This document shows, piece after piece, positions 25,726 through 39,425 of a stretch of DNA of 64,000 bases. The first letter of the stretch is position 1, and each line of letters begins with the position of its first letter. The position numbers were made by a program, and so were the translations under genes. The DNA is taken from positions 1-64,000 of the forward strand of contig JAAOMT010000201.1 in NCBI GenBank assembly GCA_016748015.1, in the 5' to 3' direction. Origin of the DNA: Geosiphon pyriformis uo1 (taxonomy: Eukaryota; Fungi; Glomeromycota). The notes under the pieces are model-generated. The model had not been told where the DNA came from. It was given only the letters and a program-made list of their open reading frames with translations, and searched no databases.

Positions 25726-28700
25726 TGTAGTTTTTTTTTTGGTTTTTTTTTTTTCAAGATTTAAACGAATCCAATTTATAAGATAATGAACCATCGTGAT
25801 GATTTATAATCATTCGCCAACTGATGCCAGATTGGCTAAATGATCTTACTCGATTTAGGCAATCTCTTCGCAAGCGGTTGGATTTTACGCCTCATCTTGA
25901 CTTTTAGGGAAACGTTGAATGATGTCATCCAGTTTCGTTGCACGATTTTACTAACGATAGCGGTTGTAAGACATCTTGAGGCTTCTAATTTCCGAAAATC
26001 TTTGGCTATATTAAAATTAACACAGGACTTGCATCGCAGTTTCTAGAATAAGCAAAAAGAATGGAAGTCTTAATTTCACATTACGTGCATTACAATGTAA
26101 ATTAATTTGCAATGAAAAACAGGGACTATATAAAAATTTTTGTCAAAACACTATTATTTCAACCCTCAAAAAGGAGCAAAAACTTTTTATTTTTTATTTT
26201 CATTTACAGAAAATTGTAAACCAAATTTTCGATTTCAAGGAAAAATAATCCTCATGTGTAACCTATCTAATGTAACTGAGAAATCAAAACCCTTGCTTTT
26301 GTTTAACTTTTTAGGAAATTTTCGCATTGTAATTTTATTGTGCGTGGAGAAAATTTCCGAAAAATGATCTTCAATACTCATTTATTGATAACGCAACAAA
26401 AAAGATTCTCCGACTGGTTTTGTCAAGCATTGCAGGGTTGGATTTTCTAAGCCCACACATGGCAACAACTTCTTAAATTTTTTGCTTATCAACTTTTCTC
26501 AATGAGCCTTATAATGACTAATTTTTGCAGTTTCTACAAGCTATCTTATCTATATTTAATATATAATAACTATTTTAAAACCAGTGGGTCAAAATCCAAA
26601 CTACAAATTCTTTATTATTGAAGATTGCCGTAAAATAAATATTTTCTAGTAAGTAGTTGAAGATAAAATTCAGAGAAACTTGCATTAAAAATTTAGAAAA
26701 TTGAATTAAAGATTTTTTGAACGTAGATATCGAGTATCTCATTCGATAATAATATCATAATTTTCAAATTGAATATGATTTAGGGCTCAAGCTAATGATT
26801 ATTCGATATTTCAAAAAATCAACATTAGTATTGAAGTGTCAAAGAATAATGATTTGACAACAAGATCCAGAAAAAGCGAAAGAAAGAATGGGAAGAAGCA
26901 TTAAAGAAACTATATTTTTAATAGTCAATTTCACGCTATTTCTATAATAAGTTTGCTGAATGAGCCCGTGTTTCCAAACTAGAATTGATTTTGTGTAAAC
27001 TCATTAAATTAAATTAGAATTAAATCTTGAATAATGCATATATCAGTATAAAATCGAGGGACACATACTTTGAGACGAAACCGTCAAAATTACACACCAA
27101 TATCATCTTGGATTTCAATATTTTCAAAATTTCCCTTCATAACTACGACATATTCTCGAAATGACACTTTCCATCCTGAAAAAAATTCATTAGGCTTTTA
27201 AATTCTTGCTGTATCCAATTCCGTAACATCATAAAAACTAAAAGTCATTCGACGCAAGGATATAGTGCTCTCGCCTGAACTCAAAGCTTCCAGAATTTGC
27301 CCAAGGACCTTCCAGAATGATGAAATCTTAAATTCTCGCAGGTAAGGATTGTGTTGTTGTGCTTTAATAATAGTTACTATTTGCGTTGTCTCGATAATTG
27401 CCTCTGCTATTGGTCTTAAGTTGAAATCAATTAAATAATATTCCAACGTTAAAAGATTATTCAAAGTAGCGGTTTTTATAGTGTTCCTATCAGGATTTTT
27501 TATTTGATTTCTGAGAAAATTTATAATGAATTAAGCATGAATGTGTCGGAAATAAAAAGGCTTTTCCTATTTTGCATAAATTAATTATGAATAATAAACT
27601 TTAAAACTAAAAAGTTAAGATCGTTTTTAATACTAAATTTAAATGAAGTGGCTTATTAAACATTATAAAATCAGAGACTGGTTTGTAAATCTCTTTGAAA
27701 AAAGGGGCGAAAGTGTCTGGAAACTAAAAATAGAATAAATATAATCAAACGGCGAGATAAAATGAAATTTTCAATAGGCTATTTTCCAAAATTTCAGCTA
27801 TTAATACAAAAACCAATAAATAAACTTGGGCTTGGTTCATTTATCTATTCAAGGCGGCAAAAGTTTCAATCTGTGATCGTAGTTTGAAAAAAATATTTAA
27901 TACAAAACTTTTCATAAAATTCCAAATCAAAGCAAAAAATTGTTGATCTTCTCAAAGATTTCTTTATGGAGAATTCGCAAAAACAATGTTTCAAAAACTT
28001 AAGATGCACAGTTATTTTAATGCAACCCATTATTTTTTGGATCCTTGGACTTTAAAGAATAATTTTAAAGTTTCTAATACGATTAATCTCTTGGGCTAAT
28101 TTAGCACACCAATTTGGTATAATCGAAGTTCATAAAACTATTAATTACACATATAAGAAAAAATTATACCAGTACAGCAGCTAAGCTCAATTTTAATTCG
28201 GCACATTAAATTTGTCCGAATTCGAACAAAATAATATATAGTGTCATACCATATAATATAATAAATTCGAAATTCATATTGCCTTTTATTGGAAAAGTCT
28301 GTAATTGTCAATTTGAAACTTTAAAAAAGCAATAATTAATATTGAAAATAGGTTTAAAGTTTGGTGAATTGGGAATAAAGTTTTCGGCCATCGCTCCCTG
28401 ACAAAAAATTTAGATTCAGTACTCTTTATTTGTGACGCAAATATTTTATTATTAACATTAGAAGCTAAACTTTCTAGCTTTGATTGTTTCTTTTTAAAGT
28501 GAAAACTGATGATAGACTTAAAAATGAATTAAGTTCTAAAGATTATTATATCATTCAAAAATTAGACCAAATTGATTGTTTTCGATCTTAGAATAACATA
28601 TTTTTAATATTAAACACACCTGATACAAAGTTTCTTGCACATCTTATTCAAAAATTTGTGTTTATACTCTGGTAATTATAGATTTTTCAAAGCATTATCT

Positions 28701-31335
28701 TATTTAATTATCAAAGTATTTCTCCATCTTTTAATTGATATTATTTTTGAATTGCATAATAATTTCGACTTTTTTATTTCGATTTTTCATTTTATCAATA
28801 TATCACATATTAAACCAATAGTGAAAATATAAAGTAATGAAAAAATTGGGTTATATTATTTTTAGATAAAATATGACAATAAATAAAGCTCAAGATTATT
28901 TTGGTGTAGTCATATTATTCTATTGGCTCAAAGACCAAAATTCTCAAGCTTATTTTGTAAATTATACTTAGAATTTCTTAGTATTTGTGAAATTTTGGTA
29001 TTTATCTATTATAAAATTTATAAAGAAGTTACAATATTTGATTTAATAATTAAATTTACAAAACTTTTTATAAAAAAGTGAAGAAAATATTAAAAAGGTT
29101 AAAAAGTCAAAATTTTAATTACAACATTCAAAAACAAAGTAAAAATATATTCAAAATATATTTGAAATTTCAAAGATTTTTAGCACAAGAATTTGTACTT
29201 TAAATTATTAATTTTTAAGTCGATCCCTAAAAGTTTTTATACAAGTTGAAAGTTTTTAACTTGTAATTTGACAAATTCTGAATTTTTATGGGTCTATAGA
29301 GTTACAACAATAAACTAATAGAAAAAGCAATTAATTCTATAAAGGCAAGAATTTTGTTGATTTTAAGAATTCTCCATTTATTTTAAGGTTGAAAATGAAT
29401 GTCTTTCATTGTACAACGTAAGCGATAAATATTGCTTTAATCAGTTTTTCTTAACCATAGGTAGATATAAACTAAGCTAAGATTCGTTATATTTAAAAAT
29501 TTTAAAAAGTACAAACTTTTTTCCATATATTAGAAACTTAAAAATATATTTTAGGCCAAAAAACCAATCTTTTGAAAAGAGTTCAACTTTGTGACCAAAT
29601 ATATTGCAAAATTACTAAATTAACAATTGCTGAAAGATTAAAATTCTTAAGTAAATTTCGCTTAGATTTTTAAATGAAATAATTTATTTAGGAAATTCAA
29701 GATTTTTCAAGATTTCATTAATTCAATCCAGACCAAAATCTTTTGGTTTTCATTTAAATTCTTCGAATTTGATATTAAAGAAAATAATCCTTCAAATCGA
29801 ACCCAGTATTCAACAAAACGTGCACCATTTTCAATTTTTATTAATAATAGAAGACACTTTCTCTTGAAATAAACATAAAAAAAAATTAAACAGGGTATCA
29901 ATCTGAATTGCTAAGCATTCAGACTTAACGTTTTGCCCCATTTTAAAAATTCTAATACTTTAAATCTGTTTCAAAGAACGAAAAATTGGATTTTTTTAGG
30001 AAAGTGGATTTGGAAAAATATTCAAACACTTGAAAAAATTATATATGTTCACAAAAACTAAATAATATTTTTAAAAATCAAGAGATCATTTTTTTATTTT
30101 CAAAATATATAACTTACCACACAATATTAATTTAATTTTTTGTGGAGAATTTTGGCACACTAGTAGTCATAAATAAATAAAATTATGACTGCCTTTCAAT
30201 AGGGAATTTCATAATTCAGCAGCTCCTAAAAGGAGTTTTGCACCTGATCTATTTTGGAATGGATCTTCAATAAATTTCAAGTTAATTTTCTTTATACAAG
30301 TTTCTAAAATTTAAAATCATTAATCAAAATTAAGGCTCAAAGAACCTCTTATAAGAAAATCTATAATTTATTTGTGTCTTGTTTGAGATTAGCGCAAAGC
30401 GTAATAATTTTCATTTTCATTTTCCAGTGTCAAATCTGGAAAGGTTCATTGAGGACAACTAAAAATACGTGCACCGAAATTCCTAAAAAAGTTACAGATT
30501 TTCAATATCTAACAAACTAAAATGAATTTTTAAATTAATATTAATAAGAAATGGTCGTCGGACACAAAGGTTTCAAGTTCAGCTTTTTTAAAATAATAAT
30601 AATAAATTTTTTGACCTACTCAGGCCTGATAAATAGCTTGACATTTCTAAACCTACCTTTTTTAGCTAACAATCTTTTTCAATTTAATCAAGGACGATTT
30701 TTGTGTTACTATTGATATCTGTATTTTTGATTAGGTATTCCATCTATAATTAGTATTTCTTATTTAGATAATAATGATTCTATTCTCTTTAAGTATGTTA
30801 TTAGTAATCCAAGATTAAAATATTCATACCATCGATTCTTTATGAGGATTATTAAATACCCAGTTTATATTTCAATATTTTAATTAAATTGTTTTAGATT
30901 GGAAAACGGTAGGACGAGTGCTTTTGCCCCTCAAAATGAGGTTTAATATCAAAAAGAGGCATAAATCGTTACTTAATATAATCTTAATTTCAAATTCTTA
31001 ATATGTCTAGAATTCATAGGAAAGTCAAGTTTATTTATTCTTAGATCTTTTGAAAAAAATTTACACTTATATTTAATATTTTAGTAAAAACATAAAATAA
31101 TATATATATCAATAGTTATTTTCGATAAATCTTAATATTTTCTTAAAAACCTATAATCTATAAAAAAATAATTTTTAAATATTTTATGATCCATAAAAAT
31201 ATTTTCTAAATTTAAGATTTTGAGATATTTTGTTTTTACGACCTCAAATTTTTTCTGAAAATATTGCTTTGTTTTTTTCAGCTGGTTTGGGAAAAGAGAT
31301 GAAATGATGATATCAAGTCATAGGAAATGTGCCTT

Positions 31336-32253
31336 TCACGCCCGATTGTGCCCTAAAATTAATGCAGCAACTAATTGCTCAAGGGCCACAATACGATTCT
31401 CAAGATTTTCTTTGACAATGTTGCTTAACCGCTGAGCAATTAAAATTTCATTCATATTCAGACTGTTTACGTTTGAAGAAGTTGTCAAAGTGTGACATTC
31501 TGGAAGATAGTTTTCAATGTTCATGTCAGAGGGGGAACAACTTGTTTCCGTTAGAATTGGAAAAAAATTTGTATTATTCTCGGAGATTGGAGAAAAAGGA
31601 TTATTGCAGGAGTCGTCTTCGAAAAAGGGGATAAAGTTTTCTGATAAATCGGGTTGGGGAAAGTAAAAGGTGTCCTTGGGTAGAGAAATTTGTGATTGAG
31701 CAGGGCTTGGTAATTCTAATTCCGAAGAATCATCTTGGTTGAAAACAGGTGATAAGTTTAAAAATTCTTCATTTCCTGGTATTGACTCATTGTGTAATGA
31801 GCTGGGGATTTCAAATTCTTGACTCTCAAATGATGAAATCGATAAGGAGCTTGGTGAATGCTCGTTTGGATTCTGTTCCGAGGGCGTTTGCTGTTGTTTA
31901 TTATTAATCTCTGTTGAAATAACTCTCTGACAATATTTGTCGAACAAGATCTTGGCATCATGTATAAGTCGTCGATACTTTGCTTTGACATTCTCGGGCT
32001 CTTGTATCCATAAATTACCAGCAATAGTCGATAAATCACGCATATTTGGGTAATAATCACTGACTGCCAATTCCTTTTGAAGAGCCATTCGATAGGCTAA
32101 GAATGCATTTGGTGTTTTCGAAAGTTTTCCAGTTTGGCGAAATTTTTCCACAGCATTGGCCATCAATTCTTCGGAAGTAAGGGTTGGAGGAAATTTTGGT
32201 TTGATCATCGTGAACGTTAAATTATCATTAATATTGAAAAAATTTTCAACCAT
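31336..32253 (-). CDS. MATA-type HMG-box transcription factor (copy 5)
   Basis: KPKFPPTLTSEEL; KTPNAFLAYRM...MRDLSTIAGNLWIQEPENVKAKYRRL; acidic S/P/F-rich tail; LENRIVALE. Confidence 0.93.
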   Translation of the reverse strand: MVENFFNINDNLTFTMIKPKFPPTLTSEELMANAVEKFRQTGKLSKTPNAFLAYRMALQKELAVSDYYPNMRDLSTIAGNLWIQEPENVKAKYRRLIHDAKILFDKYCQRVISTEINNKQQQTPSEQNPNEHSPSSLSISSFESQEFEIPSSLHNESIPGNEEFLNLSPVFNQDDSSELELPSPAQSQISLPKDTFYFPQPDLSENFIPFFEDDSCNNPFSPISENNTNFFPILTETSCSPSDMNIENYLPECHTLTTSSNVNSLNMNEILIAQRLSNIVKENLENRIVALEQLVAALILGHNRA

Positions 32254-35200
32254 TCATAAATATCGGCTGCGAATTGGAGAATCCAGTCAAAATTATTTTC
32301 CTGATTATCAAACAGATAACGAAAAAAAAAACGGGTGATTTTCAAGAAACTTACCAGCCTTGAAAAATATCTCAAAAAGCGATCTATTTTCAATGAGCAA
32401 TCTTGGACTGACTGCCTTTCTTACTATTAAAACGAGTAATATTTTTGAAAAAGATTCTTGGGAAAACATCTCTTTATATATAATTTGTAAATTTAGTAGA
32501 TCTAGTAATTAAAGCGTTTGAAAGATATAAGAACGGTAAAAGCGATCCATTATCAGGGTGTTTCATTGTGTTGCACAAACCTTTACCATTATGTTCTAGT
32601 CGCGCATCTAATAATGCAAGCATCTTCTTTGCAAATCTATAGACCGGAAACTCATATTGTCTTGACCTAGATAAAACGTTTTCTTTTTCGTTGGATTATG
32701 AATCTGAATTCGAACCATATATAAATGTAAGCTAAGGTCATTTCTTTTTTGGATGGAGCAGTTTTTAGTCAAAGACCTAATTAATTCACTTTGCTAAAAT
32801 AAATAGTTAAGCTTAGAATTTACCATTGTCCCATTGTTGATTGTTTTTCAAAGCACAACATAGGTGAGATAAAACCGGTAAAAGATCGCCCAGAAGCTCT
32901 ACATTCTGGCGTTGACTCAGAACTCTTGAAATTGAGCACAGCATGTCTCGGGGCAAATTTTTATTTATTGTTATCATGAAAATGGTGAATATGAAGGCGA
33001 TCGATAAAATTTTTTATGAGGTTAAAATCATCAATTTTTTGATATTTTTTTAATATCAATTGAAATGCCAAGAATAAGATGAAAACAAAAAAATTCTCAT
33101 TTCAAGAAAATTTCCATCATGAAAACATATAATCCGGAATACAGGGTCCTAGATTCCCCTTTTTTTTATAAATTTAGGAAAGAATTTTTTTTTTTTCTAA
33201 AATTTTGTTGATCATAGCTATTAAATGTTCGTTATTTAACGCTCCATAATTGTCCATGATATGCAAATTGTAAAAATAGTATTTCCAGAAAAGCGTTGAA
33301 GATCATGAGATCTTGATTATGAACCCTGCAGCCTATTTATATTGTCGAAAAAGGCTATGGATTAATATTAAAATGTTTCCAGTCCCTTTTTTTCTTGATT
33401 TTAATACTTTGCATAGAATGACTAAAATTCTTCTATAATTCGTTTAGGTGGTGACATTTTAGTAATATCTTTGAGTATTATATTGGTGTGCTCAAATTTA
33501 ATTAAAAGTAGGCGTTAATTCGAATAGAAGGTTCTTTGAAATCCATTATTTTTTTGTGAAACAAACATAAGTAATATCGACCATATATAGGTATCATAAT
33601 AAGAATATATCTAATGCACAATTGTTTACATCATCTACTGTAATTGACGAAAACCAGGACCAAAAAAATTGTTCTGCTAAGCAGCACTCGATTGATAATT
33701 TTTGAACTCCATGATAAGAATGAGTCACAATAATTCATATGCATTAACTTTCCATTGAACTTTCATTACGCATTACACGTGATTTTTGATAAAAAACGCG
33801 TTCTTGATCAAGGAAGTCTCTAATTTTAGAAAGCCAATGAAGTATTCGAACTCTTATCAATATTTTTTTAAAAAAAATGAGTAAATGATCTTTGAGTTTT
33901 TATATATAACATGATATTACAAAGGAAAAACAATTTAAACGTTGAAAATTTTAAGAAAAAGTGTTTGCTGATTTTTATATTTCTATAAATTCTAAATTCT
34001 CAATGTGAACTGTTTTCTTCAACCTATTATTGTGAATTTTACATTTTGGACTATTAAAAATTTTTAGTTCATTTGTTTAGATTTCTTGCATGTATGGCAA
34101 ATTTTATTATTATTGTCAAGAGCATAGCTAACACCCTATTTTACTCAAGTAATCAGCTTTCTTTGACAAATTTTTTTTTTGTTTAATTTTCACAAATCTT
34201 ATCAACTAAAATCAAAAAAAATCAAAAGAGGGTAATAAAAAATTTGAATTCAAAAGTTCAGGGGAATCTTTATATATATTATTTCGGTGATCTTAAAAGA
34301 GGATATTGAGAAGCCACATGTTTCTTGTGATCGGTGATACCTGAGAATTTATGGGATTCAATGATAAATTGAAAAGGAATTGTTTAAGGAATTAAGTTTG
34401 GGTATTTTCTAAAAATAGGATGCTTATCTTCTCGGAAATTTGACAAATATAATTTTTAATAAAGTAAGAATTGCAATATTATAGCTATTTTAACACCTTG
34501 TCCACTTAAAGTCTTCAATTTTTTTTTTAATTCATAAAAAATCTTTTTTTATATGGGAAATCTTTTTTTTATATTTGTGCTGACTAAAAATAATGATAAT
34601 GGTTCAACAGCAGGTCTGTATTTGTTAGGTTCATTATTTTCCCAAAGAAATGTACTTTCTAAAACAAGTGAAATCGACATTGATTTTAACGCGATATCAA
34701 ATAATTTATCCTTGGTATACACAGGAAAACCGATAAACAACCTCGCATGGATTTGTAATCTGTACATGTGGCTATTGAAGTATACCTGGTTTGAGTGGTT
34801 GATAGAGCTGGTCGCGGTAAATACCGTTCTGCATGATCAAATCTAAAATAATGATCTGTGTATTACATTTCTATTACTCTTAAATTGGTTTCTACAATGA
34901 AAATAAACCAATAAAACCTTTTGCACTTTTTCTCTAGTTTTTTTAATGGTTTTCAGGGAAATCTATGTGGTTCTATTTATAAAGATACAAAAATTTAGTT
35001 TAGCTGACCTCAAGTTCAATATTTGAATTATTAACACCCTATAAGAAAAAATGTCAAAAAAGTAAAATTTAAAATGATCGATCTTCATATTGTCACACCA
35101 TGAAGCGATCGATCTTATAGTCCTTGAGCAAATTATTAAATGAGGATTCAGAAGATCCAAAAACTGATTATGCAAAGAACATTTCTGAGGACCAAAAATT

Positions 35201-37116
35201 ACTTCTTATCATTTTGGATCAAACCTAGATAGCTAATCAATATCGATCTATGAAAAAATATCCGAAAACTAACTTATCAGTTTTTGCTATTTAGGTATGC
35301 AAGGATGTGCTTTTATAAGGCAGTGTAAATTATTTTATAATTGAATATTTGTAACATGGTAAATAAAACTTTATTTTAAATTCTTTAAATGCTGCAAAAA
35401 ATAAAACAATCTTATTGAACGATGGTAAATTAGCAAAAACTTTTAAAGCAAATAAACTTTATCAAGAGCAGATACACTTTATCAAAAGCAAAAATACAAT
35501 TATCATCATGAGCCGAAATATATCTTATTAAATTTTAAGCTTTGCATTATTTTTTTCACATTATGAATTATCGAAATATTGACTTTTCATAAGCAGCAGA
35601 ACGTCAGTATTAAAAAAAATTTCATTTATAATTTTCTATCTTTAATTTCTTAATGCTTCATTTAAACAAGTAAATGCATATTTTCATCATTTTGAACATG
35701 ATCCCCTTAATCAATTGATGTTAGGCTTTGAATTATAAGAATATAAATGTATACAAGATTGTGAAAGATTTTGGCAAAATTAATATTCTCAGGTATCATA
35801 ACAAAAAAGAACTTGGGGGGGGGGGTTTTTTACATGATGAAAGATATAAATGTATATGCTATTTATGATATTGAATATTTACATTTTTGAATTTTGTTAA
35901 TTGATTGAATTCATTTTATTCAAGAGCTTAAGAAAAATTAAAAGGGAAAAAAGTTAATTTTGGAATTTTATTTTAAACTCAAAATATTTTATCATCAGAA
36001 CCCATTATTATTTGACAGATTTTATGAGGTAGATATTATAAAAACGGAAATATATAACCATTCTAAAAATAAATTCAAATCAATAAATCTTGTTATTTCA
36101 AGAGATTAATTAGTACTTGACTTTTTTGTTTTATTCAATTTATCACATATTTCTTGAATAATCTTGTCAACATTAAAACAATGAAAAGTGTTACTTTTGA
36201 AGTATACCTGACTTTTTGAGTTTTTCCCTCATGAAAGTTAACATTGCCATCAAGGGAAATCTCTTATTTGATTCCATATAGACTCGACACCAATAAACGA
36301 TACGTTATATGATTTAAGTTTGTAAAACTCGGAAATTAATTTTATGCATGTGAATTGTTGTTTCTTTAAGTAATCTGTTTTTAGCATTTCCAAAATATAG
36401 CGTCCCATTAGGAGATATCTTATTGTCATGATCAATTTATAGAAAAACGGTTACATTGTTTACTTGGAAAAAAATGCCTCATATGGCCAAACGAAAAGCA
36501 TTTTTAATAAAATTGAAAATTCTTAAAGTCTTTATCCAAAATTTATTACAAACTTATTGAGCTTTTTAAGATTCTGTGTAATTTATACGCTATTCTAAGA
36601 TAACCTTTTTTTTGTTTTAAATATAATTTTTATTATTCAACAAGAAAATTGATTCATCATCCCATCAACTCCGTAGCAATCACTTGTTCATTTGCTAAAG
36701 TAAAAACAGCGATTTCGGTTATTTAATAAATGACCAAAACTGAAGATGTGGCTACTTCCTTTTTGGTAGATGTCAACAAGATAACCTTACTAAGATTGGT
36801 ACACAAATTAAAATGATGATGATCTCTATTATGTTCAGGAAAGGGGCAGAAGGGAGATGACTTTCAAAAATGTTTGAAAGCGAAACCAAAAAATTTTCTA
36901 TTAAAACAATAAATTTTTCCATTAAAACAATAAATTTTTCCTTCCTACTTCTTTATTGCTTGATGAAGACCTTCTATCATTAAAAGTTAAACTTTTTGGT
37001 TTCGGATTCTACAAAGAACCTGACTCTCCACGACCCGAATTTATTTTATCAATAATTTTAAACACATCGTCAAATCTTTTCCCCAAATATTATCTCAATT
37101 GACACGTTAATAATTG

Positions 37117-37923
37117 ATGAATGACCAAAGGTTTCAACGGTTTCTGAAGGTTGCACGCCCCAAATTCCCACCTAATTTTTCAATTGAAGAATTATTAGAA
37201 AAGTCTTTCAATGTTTTGGAACGCTTTGAAAAAGTTACAAAAGTTCCGAACAGTTGGTTTGTATATCGAATGGTCATCTTGAAAGAATTAAAAACCGCTG
37301 GCTATTCCAAACGGAGAAATATGCGAGAATTTTCAAAAGTTGTTTCACAACTTTGGAAAACTGAGCCAAACCATGTGAAAAAGCATTACAAAAATTTATA
37401 TGACGAAGCGAAAAAGACTTATGCCGAAAAATGTCAAATATTACATCCCTACGTTTTATTTGTAGACGAAAGAACAACTAAACCTCAACAAGAAGTTAAT
37501 CCACAATCAGCTCTTAAAAAAAATGAGGATGATTTAATCGTTATTTTACCAGAACCTGATCAAACTGTCTTCTTTGATTTGAATGATTCCGAAGGAAATT
37601 TTTCGCACGCAGGAGACCCTGAAAATTATTCAACCGCCTTTGCTGAAAATTCTCAAGTTAAATTTAATCAAAATTTTGAGAAACTAAATCCTTCACTCAG
37701 CATTTTGAATCTTCAACAGGAAATTCAAATAATAGAAACATCAATAGTTCAATTTTCAAATTCAATAACTCTTGAAGAGCCTCCTCATTATATAATCGAA
37801 AATAATGACTTAATAATGTCCCATTTACAAAATCTTCCAATTGCCCCATTTGAAAAAATAGTGAATCATGAATTAATAATGGCGCATCTCATCAGAAATG
37901 AACAATACAAAATTTATTTTTAA
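37117..37923 (+). CDS. MATA-type HMG-box transcription factor (copy 6)
   Basis: RPKFPPNFSIEEL; KVPNSWFVYRM...MREFSKVVSQLWKTEPNHVKKHYKNL; ATG at 37117. Confidence 0.92.
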   Translation: MNDQRFQRFLKVARPKFPPNFSIEELLEKSFNVLERFEKVTKVPNSWFVYRMVILKELKTAGYSKRRNMREFSKVVSQLWKTEPNHVKKHYKNLYDEAKKTYAEKCQILHPYVLFVDERTTKPQQEVNPQSALKKNEDDLIVILPEPDQTVFFDLNDSEGNFSHAGDPENYSTAFAENSQVKFNQNFEKLNPSLSILNLQQEIQIIETSIVQFSNSITLEEPPHYIIENNDLIMSHLQNLPIAPFEKIVNHELIMAHLIRNEQYKIYF

Positions 37924-38192
37924 ATAATAGTCAAACATTAAAGTCTAAACTTTGAAATTATAGTATGGCAAATTCACAAATGTATTATGAAGTAGATAGC
38001 GTTTCCAAAACTCTATAACTAAAACTCCTTTTAAGATATATAATTTTATGCTTAGATGAATAAAAATTATTTTTAGATATTTGAGAAGAAACGAAAAAAT
38101 TGCTTGTTAAAAATGAGGCTTAATTATAACATAGCTTATTAAAGAAAAAGTTTGTTAGATGTTGCCTAATAATTAAACCAGCATACTTGAAA

Positions 38193-38970
38193 TCAGATGT
38201 CAAGATAGGAAATTCTTAAAAGTTGGCCGGAAATTAATTTATACATGTAGTTTAGAAATCTCTGTTTATCATTAAAGATTTCCAACAAAAAAATACCTTG
38301 TTCAAGCAACAACTTTCTTTGACAATTTGCTTTTGAGATTAACGAATTTCTTCTAATTAATTCTTCATTTGGAATTTCCCGAGAAAATTCTTCCAGAGCT
38401 TGGGGCTTCGATTGGAAGACTTGATGATAATTTTTATTAGGAAAGCTAGGTGATAGCAAATTAGAATCGGCTGGAAACCTTCGCATGAATCTAATAGATT
38501 TTATACTTTTAAGATTGATTACTTGCTTGACTTTTAGATTATGAAAGTCATTTTTTTTAGATTGAATATTTTGGTCTCTTTGTTATGATTTGCTGCCATA
38601 TAGATTGCGTTCTGGTTTGAAGATGAAGATGGACGACATGTAAAGGGTGAAATTTTTGCCAAATGCTTTCATAAAAATTATTTGCCTCAAGTGATAATGA
38701 TTTATATTTATTTTTTACAAATTCTGGCTCTATTTTCCAAAGAGCTGAAGCGGTGGCAGAAAGCACAGGCATATCCAATTTTTTATGATTTTCTTACAAT
38801 TTTTTCTGAATTGTCATTCGATAAATCATAAAGGCGTTTGGAATCTTTATGATTTTTCCGTTTTTCTCCAGTTTTGTGATAGTATTTGAACTTATTTCTT
38901 CCTTTGTAATGATTGTAGGAAATGGGGGTCTAAAATTAAATTTCTCAGGTTCAGGAGGACCTCAAGACAT
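38193..38970 (-). pseudogene. MATA-type HMG-box pseudogene (copy 7)
   Basis: From ATG 38970: MS*GPPEPEKFNFRPPFPTIITKEEI...KIPNAFMIYRMTIQKKL*ENHKKLDMPVLSATASALWKIEPEFVKNKYKSL. Stops at 38964-62 and 38796-94. The tail (ORF 38193-38486, with LEQGIFLLE) is in another frame. Confidence 0.9.
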
Positions 38971-39425
38971 AATGCAAGATTCCAAATTCGAGAATGATCT
39001 TTATGTTCGGTCAAATGATTATTGAAAAAGAGATACTTAAACTTGGAATCTATATTAGAGGAAAGCACGTATCTTTATTTCGGTGATTAAAAAGAGTCTC
39101 ACGTTAAGAACTAATACGCAGTTAAAAAGGCTTGTTCCTTGAAGTTGGCCTGTGAGCAATTTTTATGAGAGCCTTCCACAATGTAAGACAAATCTCTGCT
39201 TTTATAAACTCTGGAGGCCTCATAAATCTATTGAAATAGATGTTTTCAGAATTACCTCAATAATTTACGAGCAATTTTGGCAGCTTTGAATCAGAAAGAA
39301 GTTCAAACAGATTTTCAAAAAGCCAATTCCACTTTTGACAGGATCAATACGTCATGGTCGGTGAATGAAAATCTTTGTCAAATTCATATGCTTTTTTTGG
39401 CTCTCATGTGTCTTTTCTAGGCATA

